Source: Candidatus Cloacimonadales bacterium
GTDB lineage: Bacteria > Cloacimonadota > Cloacimonadia > Cloacimonadales > JAIOQZ01
Direction: 5' to 3'
Assembly (NCBI GenBank): GCA_963674825.1
Contig: OY771587.1
Location: forward strand, 1,472,001-1,536,000
DNA length: 64,000 nucleotides
Of the stretch, positions 51,435-59,924 are shown piece after piece. Within the stretch, counting starts at the first letter, position 1; each line of letters starts with the position of its first letter. Both the position numbers and the translations under genes were made by a program. The notes beneath the pieces were generated by a model. It made no database searches. It was not told the origin of the DNA and saw only the letters and a list, made by a program, of their open reading frames with translations.

Positions 51435-51569
51435 ATGTAGTCCTCCACAGATATGAAAAATTTACATATCTTCCTCTTTCTTGTCAATTGGAATAGATAG
51501 AATCGCGTGATAAAATTTCTTGCCATGATTTGTAACTGGAATACTTTGCATCATAACAGGGGTGAGCTT

Positions 51570-52934
51570 ATGCAAATCATGATGATTGATGATGAAGCCG
51601 CGATCAGGGCTTCGGTAGGAGAATTCCTGGGTCGCCTGGGACATGGCGTTACCAGCTGTGAAAGTGCAACCAAAGCGCTCGAGCGTATGAACGATTCGCA
51701 ATTCGACCTGATCCTTTCGGATATTCTGATGCCTGTCATGGATGGGATGGAGTTCCTCAGGATCGTCAAAGAGCACGACCCGGATGCGATCGTAGTGATG
51801 ATAACGGGCCACGGAACCGTTCGTAACGCGGTGGAAGCCATGAAAGAAGGCGCGTACGATTACCTCTTGAAACCGCTGGATATGCTGGAAATCAAAGCGC
51901 TCCTGGATCGCGTGGAAGAATACCTCAGTCTGCGCGAGAATAACCGCCGCATGAACCGTATCCTGCGCGAATACTGTGCCAGTGGAGATGAATTCGCCTA
52001 CTTCTGCGACGAAATGCAGCAAATTCACGACTTTGCTCGTAAGCTCCACACCAAGCCCGACATCCCCATTCTGCTCGCAGGAGAAACAGGAACGGGTAAA
52101 GAGATCGTGGCGAGAGAAATTCATCGCGGTGAAAAGGGAGCGCCCTTTATCGCTATCAACTGTGCCGCGATCCCATCCGAGCTCTTCGAGAGCGAGCTGT
52201 TCGGATACGAAGCGGGAAGCTTCACCGGGGGTTCAAGAGATGGCAAGGCCGGTAAGATCGAGTTGGCCGAAAACGGAACGCTCTTCTTGGACGAAATCGG
52301 CGAAATGAACACCGAATACCAGGCGAAGCTGTTACGACTTTTGCAAGAACGAGAATTCTTCCGTGTGGGCGGAACTAGAAAAATCCGCACCAACGCACGG
52401 ATCATCTGCGCTACGAATTGCGAAATTGAGAAATGCATGCAAGATGGAAAGATACGATCGGATCTTTATCATCGATTATCCGTCGGTTTCGTGAGAATAC
52501 CGCCGCTAAGAGAACGCGCCAAAGAGATCGTGCCCTTCGCCAATTACTTCCTGAAGCGGATGCTGAAAGATAAACGCACCACTTTCCAGAGCATTTCCGA
52601 ACAGGCTGAGCAGGTGCTGAACCAGTATAGTTGGCCTGGCAACGTCCGTGAGCTTAAGCACGTGCTGGAGCGTATCTCGCTTCTATATCAGGAAAAGGTT
52701 GTAGAACCAAAGCATATCAATCCGCTCCTGAATCGTGAATATGCCACCAACGACAGGATTTCGGAGGATGAGATTTTCGACCGGGCGGGTTCGGAATTTA
52801 ACTTACGAAGCTGGATTGACCGGATTGTTACAGCTGCACTCGATAAACACGATGGAAACAAATCGAAAACAGCACGCTATCTGGGACTGACACGAAGCGA
52901 ACTCTATACGTATTTGAAGAATATTGACGACTAA
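51570..52934 (+). CDS. NtrC-family sigma-54-type response regulator (REC-AAA-Fis HTH)
   Basis: IDDE, DILMP; GETGTGKE; ESELFG..GSFTGG; LDEIGE; WPGNVREL; C-terminal HTH. Confidence 0.92.
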   Translation: MQIMMIDDEAAIRASVGEFLGRLGHGVTSCESATKALERMNDSQFDLILSDILMPVMDGMEFLRIVKEHDPDAIVVMITGHGTVRNAVEAMKEGAYDYLLKPLDMLEIKALLDRVEEYLSLRENNRRMNRILREYCASGDEFAYFCDEMQQIHDFARKLHTKPDIPILLAGETGTGKEIVAREIHRGEKGAPFIAINCAAIPSELFESELFGYEAGSFTGGSRDGKAGKIELAENGTLFLDEIGEMNTEYQAKLLRLLQEREFFRVGGTRKIRTNARIICATNCEIEKCMQDGKIRSDLYHRLSVGFVRIPPLRERAKEIVPFANYFLKRMLKDKRTTFQSISEQAEQVLNQYSWPGNVRELKHVLERISLLYQEKVVEPKHINPLLNREYATNDRISEDEIFDRAGSEFNLRSWIDRIVTAALDKHDGNKSKTARYLGLTRSELYTYLKNIDD

Positions 52935-52941
52935 ACCCCAG

Positions 52942-54099
52942 TTACTTCATAATACTTGTTATCTGACGCTTGACCAGTACTCGATTGAGTATAATGACCA
53001 GTAGCCAGACCGCAACACTGCAATAAATCGTGATCGACTGAATACCTGTGGTGCCATCGAAACCATGCTTCAGCAGAATCGACGCAATAACACGCTGGAC
53101 AAGCATCATTGTCAGAAACGCAATGATCAGCGTCAGCGAGAAGATCGCGCTCAGCCTCCTGAAAAGCCAGCAGAACACCTTATTATACTCGATACCCAGC
53201 AATGAAAGCAGCGCGATATCTTTTTCTGACCGTCGGAAATAGAGCATGATACTCAGGACATACATCCCAAGCGCCATGACGAGAATCAGGCTTCCGAGGA
53301 TACCCGTGAACAGAAAAGCCAGTCCGGTGAAAGAACGTATTTTTGCAGCAGGTGATGCTCCCGAGGCAATCTCAAGACGATGATCGGCAAGAAAACGCAC
53401 GAGTTCCGGTGCATCGGGATTGCTTGTCTTGACGATCAGCTTGCGCACGTCATTGTGTTCACCGGGAGCGTAAGTACTGTTCGCCCATTCGAGGAATCTT
53501 TCGGGTACGAGGATCGACTGGATGCGGTTGGTGAATCCAGAAACGTTTGCGCGGTAGTCGTCGGATTCGATCCGGATACCGATAGGGAATTTTTTCACGG
53601 TATCAGGAGTGATTCGAGGCAAGCCACGCGCAGGTGCGAAGCCGAAATTGTACATGGTGAGAAAATCATTCGGGATGATGATTGGGATTGACTTCGAGCC
53701 CGTATCCCACACCCATTGTTCATCGATTTGATCCATGAAACGATCTGGAACCGATTCGAAAAACATCTCTGTATAATAGCTTCCCAACGCGCCCAGCCGA
53801 ACATACGCGTCCAGCTCGAAAAGGTTCTTACGGAATACACCTACGTCAGTGACGGATGGCAATTCAACGATCGCTTGCACGACCTCGGGCTCAATCTCCC
53901 CCTGTCCCACGACGATGAGCGTCTCGCTGCGATCAAGAGCACTATCCGAGAAGAGAAGCGCGCGGACATCCATATAGAATTCTATCGAGAGGATCATCAG
54001 CAGCATTCCGAGGAATAGCCCGATGACGATGCCGGTGAATTCGCCACCGCGAAACCCACCGGATAAAATTTTTCCAAGCGGATCAGAGCGCCAGGACAT
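52942..54099 (-). CDS. ABC transporter permease (FtsX/MacB-like)
   Basis: 1+3 TM topology; FFESVPD; YNFGFA; overlaps the ATPase gene. Confidence 0.72.
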   Translation of the reverse strand: MSWRSDPLGKILSGGFRGGEFTGIVIGLFLGMLLMILSIEFYMDVRALLFSDSALDRSETLIVVGQGEIEPEVVQAIVELPSVTDVGVFRKNLFELDAYVRLGALGSYYTEMFFESVPDRFMDQIDEQWVWDTGSKSIPIIIPNDFLTMYNFGFAPARGLPRITPDTVKKFPIGIRIESDDYRANVSGFTNRIQSILVPERFLEWANSTYAPGEHNDVRKLIVKTSNPDAPELVRFLADHRLEIASGASPAAKIRSFTGLAFLFTGILGSLILVMALGMYVLSIMLYFRRSEKDIALLSLLGIEYNKVFCWLFRRLSAIFSLTLIIAFLTMMLVQRVIASILLKHGFDGTTGIQSITIYCSVAVWLLVIILNRVLVKRQITSIMK

Positions 54100-54736
54100 G
54101 GTCGAAATGCTCCTCGTCCGTCTTCAAGAGTCCGGTCATGATTAGTCCCGCGTTGCGTAGCGAACACTGGTTGCGAATCAGCTCGAAGGCTCGGTCGCGG
54201 TTCGCCTGGTCGAGGTGACTGAAGGGTTCGTCCAGCAGCAGCCATTTGAAGGGCTGGCACATTGCGCGTATGATGGCAAGTCGCTGGCGTTCGCCCAATG
54301 ATAGGTTTCCGCAGGGGTGATCGAGTCGATGCGATATGCCAAGCGCATCAGCCATTTCATGGGCGTTTTGCAGATTAAATCCGGTGAGGTTGGATTTGAG
54401 GGAAAGGTTTTCGATCGCGCTGAGGTGCTCAAACACTTTAAGGTCCTGAAATACGATAGAAAAAATATCCCGGCGAATATCCCGCCAGGCGGCGGCGCTC
54501 ATAGATTGGATATCCTGTTCATCGATGAGAAGTGTACCTCGATGACTTCGCAGCATGCCGTAGAGAATCGAGATCAGAGACGTCTTGCCCCTACCCGAAA
54601 CAGCGTGAACATAGACGCTGCTTCCAGGCTCCAGCACGATCTCCCGATTCCAGACATCGCTGGAATCGGAGGGATCGAGATAATCTGGTGAAAGTGATTT
54701 CAGATGCAGTTTCAAGCTTTTATTTTTCCGAAGCAC
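54083..54736 (-). CDS. ABC transporter ATP-binding protein
   Basis: SGRGKT, LSLGERQR, LLLDEPFSHLD. Confidence 0.9.
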   Translation of the reverse strand: MLRKNKSLKLHLKSLSPDYLDPSDSSDVWNREIVLEPGSSVYVHAVSGRGKTSLISILYGMLRSHRGTLLIDEQDIQSMSAAAWRDIRRDIFSIVFQDLKVFEHLSAIENLSLKSNLTGFNLQNAHEMADALGISHRLDHPCGNLSLGERQRLAIIRAMCQPFKWLLLDEPFSHLDQANRDRAFELIRNQCSLRNAGLIMTGLLKTDEEHFDHVLAL

Positions 54737-56288
54737 TCACGATTGTCTGCACGATCTGATGCAGGCTGTTTTGCGCTGGATCTTTCATGGTGATTTCCAG
54801 GTTCGATTTTTCTTTCGTGCTGTAGGAAGTCATCGTACCCATTATATCGCTAAACGAATCCATCCAGACGCGCGTATCGTCATCGAGATCTTCTTCGAGC
54901 ATCGCGCCAAGCATTCCTGCGAGGTCAAACTGCATGTAGCTTGACGTGGTCTTCATCTTGTCGGTGACCTCTTGCGGGAGCGTTGTTCCATTGACCTTGT
55001 CCAGGAACGATTCAACGTACGTAAAGGTTACGATATCACCATCGACACGGTAGAAGAAATCCACGCCTTTGTATTTGAGAACGTGATAGTCGGCTTTGTC
55101 GCTGATCGGTGCTATTGTGGAGCCGATGGTCTTCATCAGGCGATTAAACGCTTCATGATCGTTGATCTTCATGCGAATGGTCCACTTGCTTTCATCGTCA
55201 GCCATATTGCCCATAACCACGAGGTAATCGCCGCTGAAGGCGTTGTAGATGTCGTCAAATGTTATGCCGTACTGTGTGATGTAGAGCATAGAGAGAGTGA
55301 TAACACCGGCGTATTCTTCACTTTTCTGGAGATCGCCCACAAAAAGAGGAAGCATCTTGGGCAAGCCAAGCGATCCAGACATGATCATCATGGGATTTTC
55401 GGGCGAGTTCAGGTTCTCGAGCATCGCCGGATCGATTCCGTCATGCGTACAGTCCGCATAGCGCGCAACCATCGCTCCCAGCGAGTCGGAGAAATCGTAC
55501 CAGCTATCTGCTACGATCTTGCCGTCTTCGAAATTCATAACGGCTGTGATATAATTATCCGATTTCTTCAGGGAACTCAGATCGAAGATGTCAGCATACT
55601 CCCATGGTTCCGTCGGGATAGCCATGTAGCGAATATTCATCCACATGCGGATATCGTCGTCACGGGTGAGGATTTCGCTGAATTTTTTATCGCGCAACAC
55701 AATCGATTCACCGATACCGTCAAACATCGAGTCCATGAAATTCAGGACATCGTCCTTACCGGCAGCCTGTACGATCTGGAGCTCTTCGTAATTGTCAGGC
55801 ATCAGGATCGCTACAGCGCTTTCGTTGCTCCAGCTAACCCAGACTTCTTCGTCTTCCATGATCGCATACTGGTAGTTATCGCGCTGGACGATGGAATCGG
55901 CTTCAGCAACGGTGGTAAGAACGTTCTTGAACATCTCTGGATCCATCAGCGAGCATGAGACACCCGTTAATACATTGCCGTTAACCGTTGTGCTGAACAA
56001 GCAGGCGTTTTTACTCTGGTCGATACCGGCGATATCGAGATTGATAAGCATCTTCATCGCCTGCGTCTTTTCCTTATCGAACTTGATGTTCTGAATGTCC
56101 ATTTTTTGTAGGATTCCAGGAATGTCGAAGACAACGACGACTCCCGCGCTATCCGGAAGGATGGAGAGTTGCCCGGCCATTTCTTCGACCGGCATCGCGA
56201 GATCTTCGGTGGTGTCGTGCTTGATGATCGCGAGGAAAACGAATCCGACAAGGATCGCTACCGCCAGAATGATCCAGAATACTTTCAT
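54720..56288 (-). CDS. Membrane-anchored periplasmic protein, DUF4836-like
   Basis: N-terminal TM helix; GID, NFEDGKI and terminal NSL motifs; first gene of the ABC operon. Confidence 0.55.
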   Translation of the reverse strand: MKVFWIILAVAILVGFVFLAIIKHDTTEDLAMPVEEMAGQLSILPDSAGVVVVFDIPGILQKMDIQNIKFDKEKTQAMKMLINLDIAGIDQSKNACLFSTTVNGNVLTGVSCSLMDPEMFKNVLTTVAEADSIVQRDNYQYAIMEDEEVWVSWSNESAVAILMPDNYEELQIVQAAGKDDVLNFMDSMFDGIGESIVLRDKKFSEILTRDDDIRMWMNIRYMAIPTEPWEYADIFDLSSLKKSDNYITAVMNFEDGKIVADSWYDFSDSLGAMVARYADCTHDGIDPAMLENLNSPENPMMIMSGSLGLPKMLPLFVGDLQKSEEYAGVITLSMLYITQYGITFDDIYNAFSGDYLVVMGNMADDESKWTIRMKINDHEAFNRLMKTIGSTIAPISDKADYHVLKYKGVDFFYRVDGDIVTFTYVESFLDKVNGTTLPQEVTDKMKTTSSYMQFDLAGMLGAMLEEDLDDDTRVWMDSFSDIMGTMTSYSTKEKSNLEITMKDPAQNSLHQIVQTIVSASEK

Positions 56289-56485
56289 AATATCTCCTTG
56301 GTAAACTGTATTTCAAACATTATCGATATAGTATGCCGCCATCGTGGGAAATGATTTATTTCTGTAAAGAATAATGTTCCCACTCGATCGCTAACCAATA
56401 ACAACGCAGATGTTTCGGTATGTATTCAACAAAAAAATCCCCCTCCCGGAATCCAGGAGAGGGAGCTATATGATACAAATCGACG

Positions 56486-59290
56486 CTATTTTAACATCAC
56501 GGCCTTGCGTACACTCGAATAACTGCCAGCCTTCATCCTCACGAAGAAGATTCCGGAGCCAATCGGGCGGTTCTGCGAATCGGTTCCATTCCAGGTCACT
56601 TCATGCCATCCGGCATTGACTCGACCTTCGTCGAACCTCTTCACAAGCTGGCCGCGTAGATTGTAAATTTCCAATACGACCCGTTCTTCTTTCGCGAGGC
56701 CGTACTTGAATGTTGTGGATGGGTTAAACGGATTCGGATAGATATCGGTGAAGGTGTTAACAGCCGGAACTACCGCCGTTTCCGATGATGACAGCCACTC
56801 GTGCTGTATCTCGGTATGGGCAGATTCACCCGTCGTATAGACACAGCTCACGCCCAATGTATGAACGCCCGGCTCAACGTCGATCCAGAGGAACTGTGTC
56901 TGCGTGGTGTTGCCTTGCAGATCGCCGTCCAAATAGACGTTGAAGCTCTCCAGGTTGCGATTCCCGGGAGTATTCCATGTCATTCTGACACCGGCAGCGA
57001 CTTCGACAGCGGCAAGGTTGACCGGTGCAGCCAGCGTCTCGACAAGCTCGACATCGAGCGAGGTATCCTGATCAATCGCGATACCCGTCTGTGAATATTC
57101 ATCGTAACCAGCAAGCGAAACCTGCAGATCATAGGTTCCTTCGACAACACTACCGAACGTCACTGAACCTCCCGCAGGAATATTCGCCGTATAAACGAAT
57201 CCTGGCTCACCATTCTGATTTGTCAGCACAGCCACAGCACCCTCAGGAGATTCTTCACTGTTCAGAGACACGTTCAGTTCAACCGTCAATATCTCATCAT
57301 TGGTAATGATCAACGTTGCAGGAATGTCGATAATCGGGTTGATCGCGTCATTGCTGATGAATCTGATGGTAGCGTGATAGGTGCCTTCCGGGAGATCGCC
57401 GGACGAGAATTCCGCGCCGATATCCATTGTTTCGTTCGGTTCGAGCGTTCCACTCATCGTGTCAAGACTGAGCCAGCTTGGTCCTGATGAAATGGCAATC
57501 GCCATGCCAGGCTGGATGTACTCCTGATTGTACGATACTTCCAGACCAATCGTACCAGCCTGGTTCTCGATACCGACAGTCGCGCTGCTCGAACTACCTT
57601 CGAGTTCCTCGTAGTAGAACACGATACCACCGCCACGACGCAGTACCATCTGCATGTTGACGTGGTCTTCGTCGTAGTTGAAGGTGGCGTTGTCATACTG
57701 TATGATGGTTTCGTTTTCGTTGTACTGAATATAAACGTTGGCATCGATGATACTCAGGTCATCCCAGAACGGTGCGATTACATTTGCGAGATAATGCTGG
57801 TAGGGCAGATGGAAATTCATCGCTCCTGAGAAATGAATCATGGCATAGTTGAAACTCAGAAAGCCATTGCTGGAAAGGTAAAACCAGTTGTACGTCTCAC
57901 CGTAGAATGGGAAATCGAATCCCATCGCAAGCCCTTTGTACCCGTCATCGTACCATGAGCAATTGTCACATTCATGCCAGTCTGTAACGAGTGTGCCGCT
58001 TTCCGATATATCGTTCCAGACGTATTCCGGCCCCTCGGGATCGTTGCTGTCGATCCAGGAATACCCGAACTCGTCAGGACCACCCTGGTCGCGATCGCCA
58101 CCCAGATTATCCAGGTCGATCAGCTGAATAGAGAAATTCAGATCACCGGTACCGTTGTTGAGTAGAGTGAGTTCCTGACTCGAATCGACACCGTATGAGG
58201 GCAAAATCGCATTCAATTGAGACGGATTGATAATCAATCCCGGAGGCTGAATGCACTCTGCATGTAAATCGATGGTATACAGCCCATCCGGATCATTGCT
58301 GTTGATGACAAGCTGTTCGTTATAGTCTTCCTGATGTGTGGCAGTGCAGGTGGCTTCAATGGTAACCGATTCACGCATATCCAGACTGAATGGGCCGTCG
58401 TCGGATATTGTAAAGACACCGTCCGTAGTATAGATATTGCTGATTTCGAGCATGTCCGCACCCTCATTGGTGACGGTGAGGGAGATCGTCTCGGGAAATC
58501 CGACACTGACATATTCGAAATCGATGTTATCCTGATTGACATCGAGAATCGGTATATTGCCGTACATCAGAAACGACATATACCTTCTCATCAGCTCGGT
58601 CCAGGTGTTCTCGTCACCTTCCTCGAGGTACGAAGTAAACATCGTCGTACTACAGATCGTACGATACCCGCTGGGACTGTCGTAATAGACACCACTTCCA
58701 TAGCCCAACGAAGTTGTCTGGCAGAGGATTCCGGCAGCAGCGTCAATCAGATCTACCTGCTGGTAAGCCGGTGCGTTTGTATTGATTACGTAGGAAAGGC
58801 TATTCATGAGTCCCGGACTGATTCCATTGACCGAAGCAATGAACGAATTGTGATCCGCGACAAATTCGGTTCCAAATCGATTGAAAAATTCTGTTCCGAC
58901 GTGATCCGCGCCGAAATCGACGCTCTCAATATAGATGGCCTTACCATCATCCAGAAACTCGACCAATCTGGTTTGATCCTCAGCACCGACCGTGCTGGGT
59001 GGTGTCGCGCTGCAGCCCGTGCGCCATACACCCAATGTGATAAATATCACATCGTAGCCAGACAGATCGGCAGGTAACACGCTGACTGTTTCATGCTCAT
59101 ATCCAAGATCTGTCAGCGACTGTTCAATTCCATGTTCGTATCCATAGTGTGCCGGATCACCGGGGATTGAGATTTGATTTTCATCATCATTATCCCATAT
59201 CAGGATTTCCTGAGCACTGCTAAGCGCTGGAAAGACTCCTAACAAGAATCCAAACACAACGAGGATACCAATACGCGATGTTGTGCGCAT
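56486..59290 (-). CDS. Secreted multidomain surface protein (choice-of-anchor D/Ig-like repeats, FN3-like, T9SS tail), paralog 1
   Basis: Signal peptide; WDND; SNDPD; GGPDEFGY.W.DS; IAPFWDD; SATVGIEN; YPNPFNP tail. Confidence 0.85.
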   Translation of the reverse strand: MRTTSRIGILVVFGFLLGVFPALSSAQEILIWDNDDENQISIPGDPAHYGYEHGIEQSLTDLGYEHETVSVLPADLSGYDVIFITLGVWRTGCSATPPSTVGAEDQTRLVEFLDDGKAIYIESVDFGADHVGTEFFNRFGTEFVADHNSFIASVNGISPGLMNSLSYVINTNAPAYQQVDLIDAAAGILCQTTSLGYGSGVYYDSPSGYRTICSTTMFTSYLEEGDENTWTELMRRYMSFLMYGNIPILDVNQDNIDFEYVSVGFPETISLTVTNEGADMLEISNIYTTDGVFTISDDGPFSLDMRESVTIEATCTATHQEDYNEQLVINSNDPDGLYTIDLHAECIQPPGLIINPSQLNAILPSYGVDSSQELTLLNNGTGDLNFSIQLIDLDNLGGDRDQGGPDEFGYSWIDSNDPEGPEYVWNDISESGTLVTDWHECDNCSWYDDGYKGLAMGFDFPFYGETYNWFYLSSNGFLSFNYAMIHFSGAMNFHLPYQHYLANVIAPFWDDLSIIDANVYIQYNENETIIQYDNATFNYDEDHVNMQMVLRRGGGIVFYYEELEGSSSSATVGIENQAGTIGLEVSYNQEYIQPGMAIAISSGPSWLSLDTMSGTLEPNETMDIGAEFSSGDLPEGTYHATIRFISNDAINPIIDIPATLIITNDEILTVELNVSLNSEESPEGAVAVLTNQNGEPGFVYTANIPAGGSVTFGSVVEGTYDLQVSLAGYDEYSQTGIAIDQDTSLDVELVETLAAPVNLAAVEVAAGVRMTWNTPGNRNLESFNVYLDGDLQGNTTQTQFLWIDVEPGVHTLGVSCVYTTGESAHTEIQHEWLSSSETAVVPAVNTFTDIYPNPFNPSTTFKYGLAKEERVVLEIYNLRGQLVKRFDEGRVNAGWHEVTWNGTDSQNRPIGSGIFFVRMKAGSYSSVRKAVMLK

Positions 59291-59544
59291 TACATACCTC
59301 CTGTCAATTTACGTGATAGATCAATGATCTGTATCTGTCGACCTCTCGTGTCACCTCGAGACGCCAGATAGATGCATTTTTCTCTAATGCACATTCCGTA
59401 CCGCTTACACAATTTTTTAATGTTTCGTGGATGCTTTTTATGCTTTCTATATGTGTATTTGAGGTTTCTAGATATAAAATCTCAATACTATGAATCAGGC
59501 TCATGAAAAATGTGGTGACAGATGATAAAAAAGAGAAGAGAGAA

Positions 59545-59566
59545 GGGCAGGCATATAGACCTGCCC
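59545..59566 (-). terminator. Probable terminator of the 59925-62798 gene
   Basis: GGGCAGG-catataga-CCTGCCC followed on the minus strand by a pyrimidine/T-rich tract. Confidence 0.6.
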
Positions 59567-59579
59567 CCACAAGAAAATG

Positions 59580-59924
59580 TTTCGTTTTTGCTGAGCAAAA
59601 GCCGACAATCCACTAACATGACTTCTCTTTGTGGAATCTGACGATCCACTTTCGCTATTTCGCTTCGCGAAAGGAGATTGTCGAAAATACCTCCGCTAAC
59701 ATGAATTCGCTGCGCAAATTCACAACGCTCATGTTTTCGTTCTCACTTCGTGAGCCGAAAAAGGCTTTCGTTCGATATTTTCGTTTCTGTTACGCAGAAG
59801 CCGAAAAGCACAACGTTCGACTATTTCGTTTTTGCTGCGCAAAAGCCGACAATCCACTAACATGACTTCTCTTTGCGAAGTCACAACGTTCGACCATTTC
59901 GTTTTTGCTGCGCAAAAGCCGAAA
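59580..59924. repeat. Modular palindromic repeat cluster B (same family as cluster A)
   Basis: Five TTCGTT-hairpin-AGCCGA units (59581, 59736, 59780, 59825, 59898); three CTAACATGA units; the shared 79-bp block. Confidence 0.85.

Noticed and set aside
59629..59865. 78-aa ORF within repeat cluster B
   Set aside because: It is a translation of the palindromic modules (repeated FRFC..AxA), has no RBS, and is not preserved as an ORF in cluster A.
59580..59924. Repeat clusters A and B as CRISPR arrays
   Set aside because: Spacing is irregular, the sequences between units are themselves repeated modules rather than unique spacers, the units vary internally, and there are no cas genes in the window.
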